From Candidatus Sericytochromatia bacterium (GTDB taxonomy: Bacteria > Cyanobacteriota > Sericytochromatia > S15B-MN24 > JAQBPE01): a DNA stretch of 64,000 bases. The position numbers and the translations under genes were made by a program. Location: positions 1 to 64,000 of the forward strand of contig JAYKHR010000155.1 of NCBI GenBank assembly GCA_035285125.1, given 5' to 3'. Below the pieces are notes generated by a model. It was not told the DNA's origin. It did no database searches and saw only the letters and a list, made by a program, of their open reading frames with translations. Positions within the stretch are counted from its first letter, which is position 1. Every line of letters begins with the position of its first letter. Positions 53,058 through 62,480 of this stretch are shown in pieces.

Positions 53058-54593
53058 ATGCCCCACGCTCAGAGATGGATCGCCCTCGGCCCCGTGACGA
53101 CCCTGGTCGTCGTGCTGGCGTTGGGCTGCGTGCGCGAGGAAGCCACCACCCAGGTCCGGACCACGGGCACGTCGGGCAAGGCCTCGACGCCCAAGCCCGG
53201 GACGCCCCGTCCGACCCCCTCCACCAAGTTCGCCTCTCAACCCCCCGCCTCCACCACGCCGGCGTCGCCGGGTCCGTCCCCGTCGGCCAGCGCGCCACCC
53301 TCAACAGGGGCCTCACCGAGCGCCTCTCCGTCGACGCCTGCGGCCTCCGCCACCCCGTCCACCGGCCCGACGCCCACCCCGACGCCCAGCGAGACCGCCT
53401 CAGCCGCGCCGACGCCCACCCCGACGCCGACGCCCACCCCGACGCCCACGGCAACGCCGACGCCCGCCCCCTCAGCCAGCGTCGCCATCACCTACACCAC
53501 CGAGGCCTTCAAGGTCTCGGCCCTCGCGGGCGGACAGCCGAGCGGCGAACCCAGGTCCCTGCAGACGGGAGACAACGCCGCCATCGGGCTCAACCTGGAA
53601 GGCGTGGGCATGGCCGCGCGGGACCTGCCGTCCGTGTTCAGCTACTTCTCCGACGCCGCGAACGGCACCATCCGGAGCGTCAACAAGCTGCGGCAGGTGC
53701 TCTGGGAAGGGGTAGGCGACCCTGCCGCGGCCGATCCGCCAATCCGGAACCCCCGTGGCCTGGCCTACGACCCTGTCCGCAAGGTGCTGTACGTGGCCGA
53801 CAGCTTCAACCACCGGATCTTGCGGGTGGGCTACGACGGCAACACGGTGGGGCTGCAGCTCGCCTCCTTCGACGTCATCGCGGGCCGCAAGGACATGCCG
53901 GTGGAGGCCCCCTACCTGGACGGGGCCGGCGCGACGGCAAACCTGATGACGCCCCACGGCCTGCTGCTGGCCGAGCCGAACCTGTACTTCACGGACGCCG
54001 GCTACCACACCTTGCGCAAGATCGACCTGTCGAGCGCCACCTTCCCGGTGTCCTTCGTCGCCGGCGGCCAGAGCACCACGCCAGGCGCGGCCGTCGCGGG
54101 CGCCGTGGCGGCCGGCGAGGCCCGCTTCAACCTGCCGACGGCGCTCACCGCCACCGTGCGGGGCACCGACCCGCTGCTGGTCGTGGCCGACTCCTTCAAC
54201 CACTGCCTGCGCTCCGTCAACCCGCTAACGGGCGAGGTCAGCCTGCTCGCGGGCTCCGCCAGCGGCGTGACGGGCGCCGAGGACGGCAGCGCCACGGCCG
54301 CCCGCTTCAACCACCCCGTCGCGCTCGCCGGGGATGGCCGGGGCCGGGTCTTCGTCGGAGAGCGCAACAACCCACGCCTCCGCGTGCTCGGCGCCGACGG
54401 CGAGGTGCGCACGGCGCTGGGCGGCGCCGCGGCGGGTTACGTGAACGCCACGGGCGCGCCCGCGCGCTTCGGGGCCATCACGGGCATGGCCCAGCGGCTC
54501 GACGGCACGGGCAACCTGCTCGAGCTGTTCATCTATGACGCGGGCACGGCGGAGAACCTCCCCCGGCTGCGGCTGGTGGAGCCACAGCCCTGA
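53058..54593 (+). CDS. Lipoprotein with Pro/Thr/Ser stalk and NHL-repeat beta-propeller
   Basis: Lipobox ALGC; PTPTPT repeats; NPRGLA..LYVADSFNHRI, RFNLPTAL..VADSFNHCLR, DGSATAARFNHP. Confidence 0.85.
   Translation: MPHAQRWIALGPVTTLVVVLALGCVREEATTQVRTTGTSGKASTPKPGTPRPTPSTKFASQPPASTTPASPGPSPSASAPPSTGASPSASPSTPAASATPSTGPTPTPTPSETASAAPTPTPTPTPTPTPTATPTPAPSASVAITYTTEAFKVSALAGGQPSGEPRSLQTGDNAAIGLNLEGVGMAARDLPSVFSYFSDAANGTIRSVNKLRQVLWEGVGDPAAADPPIRNPRGLAYDPVRKVLYVADSFNHRILRVGYDGNTVGLQLASFDVIAGRKDMPVEAPYLDGAGATANLMTPHGLLLAEPNLYFTDAGYHTLRKIDLSSATFPVSFVAGGQSTTPGAAVAGAVAAGEARFNLPTALTATVRGTDPLLVVADSFNHCLRSVNPLTGEVSLLAGSASGVTGAEDGSATAARFNHPVALAGDGRGRVFVGERNNPRLRVLGADGEVRTALGGAAAGYVNATGAPARFGAITGMAQRLDGTGNLLELFIYDAGTAENLPRLRLVEPQP
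53366..53470 (+). repeat. Intragenic (Pro-Thr)n coding repeats
   Basis: Repeated ccgacgcccacc units encoding PTPT. Confidence 0.8.
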
Positions 54594-54773
54594 GCGAGGG
54601 GCGCTGCCGGCCGCCCCGCTCACAGAGCAGATTGTCTTCAGGTTAAGCTGCCTCGCACCCCGGTTCCGGGCGATTCAAGGGGGCGGGCAGGGGTATCTGA
54701 TAGATAACCACCCACTCGGTGCCTTGCTGCGGGGCCCCCCGCCTTGCAGTTCAAGTTTTGAAAGGAGCCTCCC

Positions 54774-57059
54774 GTGACCGCCAAGTACCTCCGTCGATCC
54801 GGCCTCAGCCTGATGATTCTGGCCGTGGCCGCCTGTCAGGCCGGTGCCCCCACGAGCCCCCTGGAGGAGGAAGGGGCCGTCACCAAGCGGCCCGCGGCCG
54901 CCGCCAAGCAGGTGCCGCTCGAGCAACGGCTGCGCGACGCGGGCCTCGAGGCGGGCACCCTGACGCTGCAGGCCCAGCAGTTCCAGGTGCGCGACCAGGC
55001 CGGCAAGGGCATCCCCGGCGCCACCGTCGAGGTCGAGACCGAGTTGCTCACCACCGACGAGAACGGCGTGGTGAAGGTGGCCGGCCAGGTTCCCGAGGAC
55101 CCTGGCTTCCTCCTGGCGATCGTCCGGGCCCCGGGCATGGTGCCCGCCCGCGTCAAGCTGATCCCCGGTTTCTCCATCAAGCTGCACGCCGCAGACGGGC
55201 TGGTGCACCGCGTCTCGGCCGCTGCGGGCGGTCGCTTCGCGAGCTCGGACGGCAGCATCGAGGTCTCCTTCTCTCCCGACGCCCTGGACCGCGATGCCGA
55301 GGTTCGCGTGACGCGGATCTTCAACGCCGCCCCGGCGTCGCTGAAGGCCATCTCGCCCAGCTTCGACAGCATTGCCGACAAGCTCGCCGATCGCACCTCG
55401 CTCGGCCACTACCAGTACAGCCTCGACCTCGGGGGGGCCAAGATCCGGCCAGGCGCCTCCGTCCGCGTGGACTTCAAGGCTGAGCAGGCGCTCGCCGACT
55501 ACATCAAGCGGGGTGTGAAGCTCGACCCGAAGGGCTTCAAGCTGGCGGACCAGTTCTCGATCGGCGAGGATGGCCAGGTCCGCTTCGCGATGATGGTGCC
55601 CGCTCCGCCGCCGCCCCCCGAGTTCTCCGGGCCCGCAGCGGCTGCCTACGGCCTGCTCGCCGCCGTGTGCAGCCAGCCCAACGACCGCGAGGACTACACG
55701 GAGACGGTCTGCACCTCGCGGAGCGTCCAGAACTGCGTTGAGCGGTCCGACGGCACCGCGGCCGTGCATGACTCTGCCATTAACAACGGCCACTGCTACT
55801 ACACGTGGCAGGACTGCAGCAACATCACCATCACCGAGTGCACGCAGGTGCCCCGCACCCGCTACCACCAGTCTTCCAGCATCAACGCTCTCGTGCGCTA
55901 CGACTCCGACGACAGCCGCTACGCCGGCCGCGTCGCAAGCGGCGCTTACGTGACCTTCTCGCACTCGGGCACCCCGGTCCGCGCGGCGGGCACCGCAGCC
56001 TACACCGCCGGAGATGGATACGCCTGGGTGTACGGCGCCGCGGGCGCCTCCGGCTCGGCCACGGCCTCCATGCCCGGCGACGCGGGTTCGCGCGGCACGT
56101 CCGGCTACTACAGCGTGAACTGCAGCACCGTGAACCTCAGCATTGTGAAGCGAATGCCCCAGGTCACCTTCGCCTTCGACAACCAGGGCGCGGCGCTCAG
56201 CGGGAACTTCTCACTGTCCACCAGCCATGGGGCGCAGGCCCTGAGCGGGTTCGCCAACCAGGTGAAGGCCATCGCGATGCAGGGCGCCACGGTGGCGTCC
56301 GAGGCCTTCTCGATCGCCGTCGGCAACCAGGCCGTCGGCGCCGGGCAGATCGACTACGACGGCGCCTCCGGCACCATCGGCTGGAACCAGGCCAACACCT
56401 TCACGATGCGGACCTGGCACAACGCCCGGCTCGACGCGACGGCCAACTACGTCTCGAACGACAACAGCGTGCCGGCCGACCAGGCCCCGCCCACCCGGTG
56501 GGCCGGTCAGCCTGCCGCGGGGGTGAACTTCAACTTCGCGCACAACATCTCCGGCTCCCCCAACAAGCCGGCGGGGCGCGACGTGCTGGCGTTCACGGGC
56601 GTCACCTCCGCGTCGGCCTGGGGCCTGAACGGGGCCGCCAGCACCATCCGCGCCACCCGGGCAGCCAACAGCGTGTCGCTAACGGGCAGCCGGACCGGCT
56701 CGGTGGGCGGGGCACCCGTCGTCGTCGGCATCAACGCCAACCTCCCGACCGTCAACTTCTACGTCTCAGGTGACCTCGCTCAGAACTACATCATGCGCTA
56801 CACCCTGACGCCGGCGGGCGGCAGCCCGCGGGACCTGGAGATGCGCGTGCCTGCCAACATGCAGTTCCGCCTGCCCATCGAAGAAGCGGTCAACGACCCG
56901 AGGCAGCACACTTTCCAGATCTCGACCATCATCACCGAGGACGGCAACCACGCCATCGTGATGCCGGACGGCAGCCGCAACTACCCGGCCCTGACCGTGA
57001 ACCGCGGGGCTGACGACTACTCGATGAACCTCAAGTCCGAGCTCATCGCCGCCAAGTAG
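54774..57059 (+). CDS. Large surface lipoprotein (carboxypeptidase-regulatory-like domain, ZU5-like segment, 6-Cys module, duplicated beta-sandwich)
   Basis: AAAGGAG RBS; lipobox VAAC; VRDQAGKGIPGATV..TTDENG; VSAAAGG..SSDG..FSPDAL; Cys module; internal repeat. Confidence 0.75.
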   Translation: MTAKYLRRSGLSLMILAVAACQAGAPTSPLEEEGAVTKRPAAAAKQVPLEQRLRDAGLEAGTLTLQAQQFQVRDQAGKGIPGATVEVETELLTTDENGVVKVAGQVPEDPGFLLAIVRAPGMVPARVKLIPGFSIKLHAADGLVHRVSAAAGGRFASSDGSIEVSFSPDALDRDAEVRVTRIFNAAPASLKAISPSFDSIADKLADRTSLGHYQYSLDLGGAKIRPGASVRVDFKAEQALADYIKRGVKLDPKGFKLADQFSIGEDGQVRFAMMVPAPPPPPEFSGPAAAAYGLLAAVCSQPNDREDYTETVCTSRSVQNCVERSDGTAAVHDSAINNGHCYYTWQDCSNITITECTQVPRTRYHQSSSINALVRYDSDDSRYAGRVASGAYVTFSHSGTPVRAAGTAAYTAGDGYAWVYGAAGASGSATASMPGDAGSRGTSGYYSVNCSTVNLSIVKRMPQVTFAFDNQGAALSGNFSLSTSHGAQALSGFANQVKAIAMQGATVASEAFSIAVGNQAVGAGQIDYDGASGTIGWNQANTFTMRTWHNARLDATANYVSNDNSVPADQAPPTRWAGQPAAGVNFNFAHNISGSPNKPAGRDVLAFTGVTSASAWGLNGAASTIRATRAANSVSLTGSRTGSVGGAPVVVGINANLPTVNFYVSGDLAQNYIMRYTLTPAGGSPRDLEMRVPANMQFRLPIEEAVNDPRQHTFQISTIITEDGNHAIVMPDGSRNYPALTVNRGADDYSMNLKSELIAAK

Positions 57060-57082
57060 GCGCCCGGTCTGCTCCAACCGCA

Positions 57083-57110
57083 AGTCCCCCTGCCCTCGGG
57101 CGGGGGGACT
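57083..57110. terminator. Strong hairpin between convergent genes (likely terminator)
   Basis: AGTCCCCCTGCC-ctcg-GGCGGGGGGACT; U-tract weak. Confidence 0.6.
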
Positions 57111-57165
57111 CTGCCATCAGGACGTAGCCGCCATGAGGGGCGCTTGGCCGCCTCCACCGGGGCGG

Positions 57166-57933
57166 TCAGGCGGGCAAGCCGAACAGCCGGCGGGCGTTCT
57201 CGCTCGTGCGCGCGACGAGGTCGGCAGCCGACAGCCCGTGCAGGTCCGCCAGCTTCTCCGCCACGTGCACCACGTGGGCGGGTTCGTTGCGCCGGCCCCG
57301 GTGCGGCACCGGCGCGAGGTAGGGTGAGTCCGTCTCGATGAGCAGGCGGTCGAGCGGCACGCTGGCCGCAGCCGCCTGGAGGTGGTGGGCCGTCTTGAAG
57401 GTGACGGGCCCTGCGAACGAGACGTACATCCCCACGGCGACGCACGCCGCAGCAAACTCCGCCGAGCCCGAGAAGCAATGCATCACGCCGCCCACGCGGC
57501 GGTCGAGGCAGCTTGTCAGCACGCCCAGCACGGCCTCGTGGCTGTCCCGGTCATGGACGATGATGGGCTTGCCGAGCTCGGCCGCCAGCCGCACCTGGGC
57601 CTCGAAGGCCACCTGCTGCTGCGCCCGGGGAGGCTCGGGGTAGTAGTAGTCCAGCCCGATCTCGCCGATCGCCACCACGCGCGGGTGGGACGCCCAGCCC
57701 CGCAGCAGCGGCAGCGCCTCGTCCGACCAGCTTGCGGCCTCGTGGGGGTGGACGCCGACGCCCACCCAGACGTCCGGCTGCGCGTCTGCCAGGGCCAGCA
57801 CGCGCGGCATGTCGGCGAGCGAGATGCCGGGCACGATCATGGCCTCGATCCCGGCTGCCCGCGCCCGCGCGAGCACCTCGTCGCGGTCGGGGTCGAACTG
57901 CGGCACGTCCAGGTGGCAGTGCGTGTCGATCAC
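57166..57933 (-). CDS. tatD: TatD family hydrolase
   Basis: IDTHCHL, GVHPH, IGEIGLDY, IVHDR, MHCFSG, ETDSPYLAP, RNEP. Confidence 0.93.
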   Translation of the reverse strand: MIDTHCHLDVPQFDPDRDEVLARARAAGIEAMIVPGISLADMPRVLALADAQPDVWVGVGVHPHEAASWSDEALPLLRGWASHPRVVAIGEIGLDYYYPEPPRAQQQVAFEAQVRLAAELGKPIIVHDRDSHEAVLGVLTSCLDRRVGGVMHCFSGSAEFAAACVAVGMYVSFAGPVTFKTAHHLQAAAASVPLDRLLIETDSPYLAPVPHRGRRNEPAHVVHVAEKLADLHGLSAADLVARTSENARRLFGLPA

Positions 57934-59477
57934 TTCTTCTTGGCCCCGGCCTCAGCCAGCTCGTCCTCGATGCGCGGGTACACGGGGCCCGTCTTGTTCG
58001 TCTGGGTGCCTGCGCGCAGCCCGCCCCAGGCCAGGTCGCCCCAGCGCTGCTCACCAAGCGGAGCGCCCGGGTTCAGCTGCACCCAGAGCTTCTCGGCCAG
58101 CTGCGGAATGAAGGGCGAGACGAGGATCGTGACGGCGCGAAGCGCCTCCAGCACGCCGTACAGCACGCCCCCCAGCTTCTCCGTCTCGCCAGCCTTGGCG
58201 AGGGCCCAGGGCGCCTGCGTGTCGATGTACTTGTTCACCGCATCGATCAGGCCCCAGATGGCCTCGAGCGCCTCCTGGATCTCGTAGCGCGCCATGTGGG
58301 CCTCGGCCCGGCTGGCAACGGCTTCCACCCGCTCGGCCAGCTCCCGCGTGAGTTCGGGGACGTCGGCAGGGACCTCGCCGGCGAAGTTCTTCTCCAGCAT
58401 CCCCAGCGTGCGGTTGAGGGCGTTCCCGAGGTTGTTCGCCAGGTCCGCGTTGACGCGCAGCTTGAAGGCGTCGAAGGTGTAGCTGCCGTCGCGCCCGTAG
58501 GTGATCTCGCGCATCAGGTAGTAGCGCAGGGCGTCGGCCCCGAACTGCTCGGCGAGGGCGTTGGGCTCGACCACGTTGCCGAGCGACTTGCTCATCTTCT
58601 GCTCGCCGATGTGCACCCAGCCGTGCCCGTGGACCGTCCGGGGCAGCGGCAGGCCCAGGGCCATCAGGATGGTCGGCCAGATGATGCAGTGGAACTTCAT
58701 GATGTCCTTGCCGACGACGTGGACGGAAGCCGGCCAGTACCGCTGGAAGGTGGCATCGTCCGTGCCCCAGCCGATGCCCGTCAGGTAGTTCAGCAGGGCG
58801 TCGATCCAGACGTAGATGACCTGGCCCTCATCCCCGGGCACCGGGATGCCCCACGTCACCTTCTGGCGCGAGACCGACACGTCGGGGAAGGTGTCGAGCA
58901 GGTTGAGCACCTCGTTGCGGCGGCTCTCTGGCTGGATGAACTCGGGGTTGGCCTCGATGTGGGCGCGGATCCGGTCGCGGTAGCGCGACACGGCGAGCAC
59001 GTAGTTCTCCTCTTCGAAGGGCTGCGGCGGCGCATCGTGCTGCGGACACTTGCCCTCGACGAGGTCCCGCTCGTTCTTGAACTCCTCGCAGCCGGCGCAG
59101 TAGAGCCCCTCGTAACGGGCCTTCTGGACGTCGCCCTGCGCCACGAGCTGGGCGAAGGCCCGCTGCACGGCGGCCTCGTGGAAGTCATCCGTCGTCCGGA
59201 TGAAGCGGTCATAGGCCACGCCCAGGTTCGCCCACGTGCTGACGAAGCGCGGGGAGATGCGCCCCACGAACTCACGGGGCGTGACGCCCTCCGCGGCGGC
59301 GGCCTTCTCGATCTTCACGCCGTGCTCGTCGACGCCCGTCAGGTAGAAGACGTCGTCGCCCAGCAGGCGGTGCCAGCGGGCGAGCACGTCGGCGGCGATC
59401 TTCTCGTAGGCATGGCCGAGGTGCGGGGGCGCGTTCGTGTAGTCGATGGCGGTGGTGATGTAGTACGGACGCGGCAT
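57930..59477 (-). CDS. metG: Methionine--tRNA ligase (short form without C-terminal tRNA-binding domain)
   Basis: YITTAIDY, HLGH, GVDEHG, CAGC..CPQH knuckle, YVWIDAL, KMSKSLGN, DLANNLGN. Confidence 0.96.
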   Translation of the reverse strand: MPRPYYITTAIDYTNAPPHLGHAYEKIAADVLARWHRLLGDDVFYLTGVDEHGVKIEKAAAAEGVTPREFVGRISPRFVSTWANLGVAYDRFIRTTDDFHEAAVQRAFAQLVAQGDVQKARYEGLYCAGCEEFKNERDLVEGKCPQHDAPPQPFEEENYVLAVSRYRDRIRAHIEANPEFIQPESRRNEVLNLLDTFPDVSVSRQKVTWGIPVPGDEGQVIYVWIDALLNYLTGIGWGTDDATFQRYWPASVHVVGKDIMKFHCIIWPTILMALGLPLPRTVHGHGWVHIGEQKMSKSLGNVVEPNALAEQFGADALRYYLMREITYGRDGSYTFDAFKLRVNADLANNLGNALNRTLGMLEKNFAGEVPADVPELTRELAERVEAVASRAEAHMARYEIQEALEAIWGLIDAVNKYIDTQAPWALAKAGETEKLGGVLYGVLEALRAVTILVSPFIPQLAEKLWVQLNPGAPLGEQRWGDLAWGGLRAGTQTNKTGPVYPRIEDELAEAGAKKK

Positions 59478-59508
59478 GGCACGGGCTCCTCACGCGATCG
59501 GGGACTCC

Positions 59509-59537
59509 AAGCTACCAAATCACAGGGGGGAAGGCAA
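59509..59537 (-). promoter_or_regulatory. Sigma70-type promoter for metG
   Basis: TTGCCT-N17-TAGCTT with TG extension on minus strand. Confidence 0.55.
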
Positions 59538-59619
59538 ACCCGCGCCTGCCCGGCAACCAAGCGTGCCTGGGGTATCATGGACGGGCGGGGCAGACGCCCC
59601 ACGCCAGTGAGGGGACGTC

Positions 59620-60150
59620 GTGCGGTTGCCACTCCATCGGGACAGGGACGGCCGGGTGGTCTACGACTACCCCTGCCTGCTGGTGGTCGACCCGCTCTCC
59701 GACCAGGGGCGGCTGTACGCCGACGCGGAGGCCGCCGCGGCAGAGTTCCAGCACGACGACCTCATGGCGGGCGTGACGCCCGAGACCGTCACGGCCATGC
59801 TGGCCGGCCGAGGCTGGCGGCTGCACTTCCTGCGATCGGACGCCGACCTCGCAGACGAGGTGCGGCGCCACCTGGCGCTCTCGGAGGGGGAGCTGCAAGA
59901 GACGCTGGCAGCCCGGTGGCTCCAGCAGGACTTTGCCTTCCCCGGCGCGGAGCATGTCGTCTGGGAGCGCACGACGACGCGGCTGTACACGGACGGCGAG
60001 CGCGTCGTGTGCGAGGGGCACGTCATCGCGCTGACCCCCGACGCCCCGGCAGAGGCCACGGCCAGCGTGGCTGCCTGGCTGGACGCGTTCGCGACCGACG
60101 TGGCCCGCGAGTTGCGGGCGCCGCTGGCGTTCGTGCCGCCGAGGGGCTGA
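59620..60150 (+). CDS. Hypothetical protein
   Basis: Fills gap between metG and SPOR gene; GAGGGG RBS, upstream TATCAT, GC3-biased codons. Confidence 0.65.
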   Translation: MRLPLHRDRDGRVVYDYPCLLVVDPLSDQGRLYADAEAAAAEFQHDDLMAGVTPETVTAMLAGRGWRLHFLRSDADLADEVRRHLALSEGELQETLAARWLQQDFAFPGAEHVVWERTTTRLYTDGERVVCEGHVIALTPDAPAEATASVAAWLDAFATDVARELRAPLAFVPPRG

Positions 60151-60178
60151 AAGGAGAAGGCCCCGGCAAGGCCGGGGC
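60150..60178 (-). terminator. Terminator for SPOR gene
   Basis: GCCCCGGC-ctt-GCCGGGGC followed by CTTCTCCTTT on minus strand. Confidence 0.55.
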
Positions 60179-60184
60179 GTGAAG

Positions 60185-61342
60185 TCAGTGGGCCGTGACG
60201 GCCGCCGGGATGCCCTGCGTCTGCAGGCTGCGCATCGCGGCAGCCGCCGCGTAGCGGTTCTTGTAGGCCCCGACGTAGACGCGCGTCATGCCGACGCCGT
60301 GCCCGACGTATGCCGGAATGCCCTGCGAGCGCAGCTGGCTGACGAGCGACTGGGCGTTTCCGGGGTTGGCGAAGCTGCCCACCTGCACGCCGTAGCGGCC
60401 GCGCGCGGCCGCGTGGCGGTGGCTGGCAGCCCTGGGGTGGTGGGCCGCGCCGGCCTGGCCTCCACCCCAGGGGATGTAGGCCGACTGGCCGGAGATCCAC
60501 CCCGTGCCGCGGCTGTAGGCCGGAGCAGCCTGGTAGCGGGCGTGCCAGGTGCGGCTGGCCTTGGAATGACGGCCCTGAGCATAGGAGCCGCGGCCGTGAC
60601 GCTTCCGGTAGGCAGCCAGACGTTGAGCGCGAACCTTTCGGAGGTGGGCCTGACGCTGGGCCCACTTGGATGGGGCCGTCCCCGCTGCCACCTGCGGCCG
60701 GGCCTTCTTCGCGGCCTTCACGGGCGGCTTCGGCGCCACGACGGCCTCAGGCTGGACCCAGCCGTCCTCGCCGGGTTGGCTGGGCTTGAGCACCTCCGGA
60801 TCGGGCGTCGGGACCTTGAACTTGCGCGGCAACGGTTTCGGGGCCTCTGCGCCCTCAGGCTGGCCCTCGGCGGGCTTGTCGGCAGGCTTGTCCGCGGGCG
60901 GTTCGGCAGGCTTGCCGGCCGGCTTGTCGCCTGGAGCCGCCGCCTGCTCCACGGGCTTGGTGTCGCCCGGCGGCGGCGGGGCGGCCTCGCCGGGGGGTGG
61001 GGCCGCGGGGGCGGCAGCCTCCGTGCCGTCGCCACCGAAGTACGAGTTGACGATCTCGTTCATGGCCTCCGGGGCGAGCAGGGTCGCCGCGTAGTAGCCG
61101 CCGAGGCCGACAACGCCGACGCCGGCTAACGCCATGAGGGCGACGCGAACCGCGTTGCCACCGCCATTCTTGGCCGGCTTGGCGCCGTCTTCGTCGCCAC
61201 CTTCGTCGTCGTCTTCGTAGTCGTCGTCGTCGTCGCCGGCGTCGCCGTCGTCTTCTTCGCCGTAGTACTCATCCTGGTCCTCGTCGTACTCAGGCATCTC
61301 ACTGCGGAACTCTTGCGGCTCCTGCCGGCGGTTGAAAAACAC
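60185..61342 (-). CDS. SPOR-domain bitopic membrane protein (FtsN/DedD-like architecture)
   Basis: AGGAGG RBS before GTG 61342; Asp/Glu tract, single TM, Pro/Lys linker, YGVQVGSFANPGNA..RVYVGAY SPOR domain. Confidence 0.82.
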   Translation of the reverse strand: MFFNRRQEPQEFRSEMPEYDEDQDEYYGEEDDGDAGDDDDDYEDDDEGGDEDGAKPAKNGGGNAVRVALMALAGVGVVGLGGYYAATLLAPEAMNEIVNSYFGGDGTEAAAPAAPPPGEAAPPPPGDTKPVEQAAAPGDKPAGKPAEPPADKPADKPAEGQPEGAEAPKPLPRKFKVPTPDPEVLKPSQPGEDGWVQPEAVVAPKPPVKAAKKARPQVAAGTAPSKWAQRQAHLRKVRAQRLAAYRKRHGRGSYAQGRHSKASRTWHARYQAAPAYSRGTGWISGQSAYIPWGGGQAGAAHHPRAASHRHAAARGRYGVQVGSFANPGNAQSLVSQLRSQGIPAYVGHGVGMTRVYVGAYKNRYAAAAAMRSLQTQGIPAAVTAH

Positions 61343-61449
61343 GAGGGGCCTCCTGTGACACGCCCTGTCCGGCGCCTGCGGGCACGGCGACGGAGCCGGA
61401 ACGCTCCGCGTCGGTGGGGGGCACCCACGAGGCGGGCGCACCGTGACGG

Positions 61450-61458
61450 ATTATACCC
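61450..61458 (-). promoter_or_regulatory. -10 element for SPOR gene
   Basis: GGGTATAAT on minus strand. Confidence 0.55.
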
Positions 61459-61527
61459 CGTCGCTGCTGCGTCTGCCTGCGCCGCCCCCGCAAAAAGTGG
61501 GCGAGGCTCCGCCTGCCGCCGCCGTTA

Positions 61528-61536
61528 TGTTACGAT
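61528..61536 (+). promoter_or_regulatory. Extended -10 for murI
   Basis: TGTTACGAT 28 nt upstream of ATG 61564. Confidence 0.5.
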
Positions 61537-61563
61537 GCAGGCAGCTCCCCAGCGCGTGCCCCG

Positions 61564-62376
61564 ATGCTGTCCACTTCGCCCATCGCCCTGTACGACTCCG
61601 GCCTCGGAGGCCTCTCCGTCTTCCGTGCTCTGGCCGCCCGGCTGCCAGCCGAGTCCCTGCTCTATTTCGGAGACACGGCGCGCGTGCCCTATGGCCCGCG
61701 CCAAGCCGCGGAGATCCTCGCCTTCAACGAGGAGGTCGCCGGCCTGCTGGTGGCGGCAGGCGCGAAGGCCCTCGTCGTGGCCTGCAACACCTCCTCCGCC
61801 ATTGCCCTCCCCGTGCTTGGTCCGACGAGCCCCGTCCCGATGGTGGGCCTGATCGAGGCCGGCGCGCAGGCCGCCATCGAGGCGGCTGGCGGGGGGCCCA
61901 TCGCAGTGATCGCCACGCAGGCCACCGTGCGCAGCGGCGCCTACGGCCGGGCCATCACCGCCCGCGCGCCGGGCACCCCCGTCGTCGAGCTCGCCTGCCC
62001 CACCCTCGTGCCGCTGGTGGAGGCTGGCGACTGGAGCGGGCCCGCCGCCGTGGAGGCCGTCCACGCGGCCCTCGCCCCCCTCGTCGCGGCGCCCCCCGCG
62101 GCCCTCGTGCTCGGCTGCACGCACTACCCCCACCTCACGGCGGCGGTCGCCGAGGTGCTGCCTGGCGTGACCCTCGTCGACCCCGCCACGCGCGTGGCCG
62201 ACACCGTCGCAGCGCTGCTGGGGGAGGCCGGGGGCCTCGCGCCCGAGGGCACCAGGCCCGTGCATCGCCTCTGGGTGAGCGGCGATCCGGCCACATTCCT
62301 GCTGAGCGCCAGGCGACTGGTTGCCGGCCTGCCCGAGTCCGCCACCCTCGTCCCGGTGGCGCAACCCGTCCCTTGA
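61564..62376 (+). CDS. murI: Glutamate racemase
   Basis: DSGLGGLSV, GDTARVPYG, ACNTSS, LGCTHYP. Confidence 0.95.
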   Translation: MLSTSPIALYDSGLGGLSVFRALAARLPAESLLYFGDTARVPYGPRQAAEILAFNEEVAGLLVAAGAKALVVACNTSSAIALPVLGPTSPVPMVGLIEAGAQAAIEAAGGGPIAVIATQATVRSGAYGRAITARAPGTPVVELACPTLVPLVEAGDWSGPAAVEAVHAALAPLVAAPPAALVLGCTHYPHLTAAVAEVLPGVTLVDPATRVADTVAALLGEAGGLAPEGTRPVHRLWVSGDPATFLLSARRLVAGLPESATLVPVAQPVP

Positions 62377-62480
62377 GGCCTTGCCCGGCCCTGGGTGGGT
62401 GCCGAGGGCCGTTCGGCGGGTATAACGCCTGCGTCCTGCGAGGTGCGGCTGCACCCCGCCCCGAGCCCCGGAGTCCCCGC

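Noticed and set aside
59478..59619. T-box or SAM leader for metG
   Set aside because: Promoter lies about 30 nt from the start; no T-box sequence
57732..60182. 816-aa plus-strand ORF (and similar long ORFs at 32312, 38416, 45882, 62124)
   Set aside because: Antisense shadows of well-supported genes such as metG, flotillin and glmM
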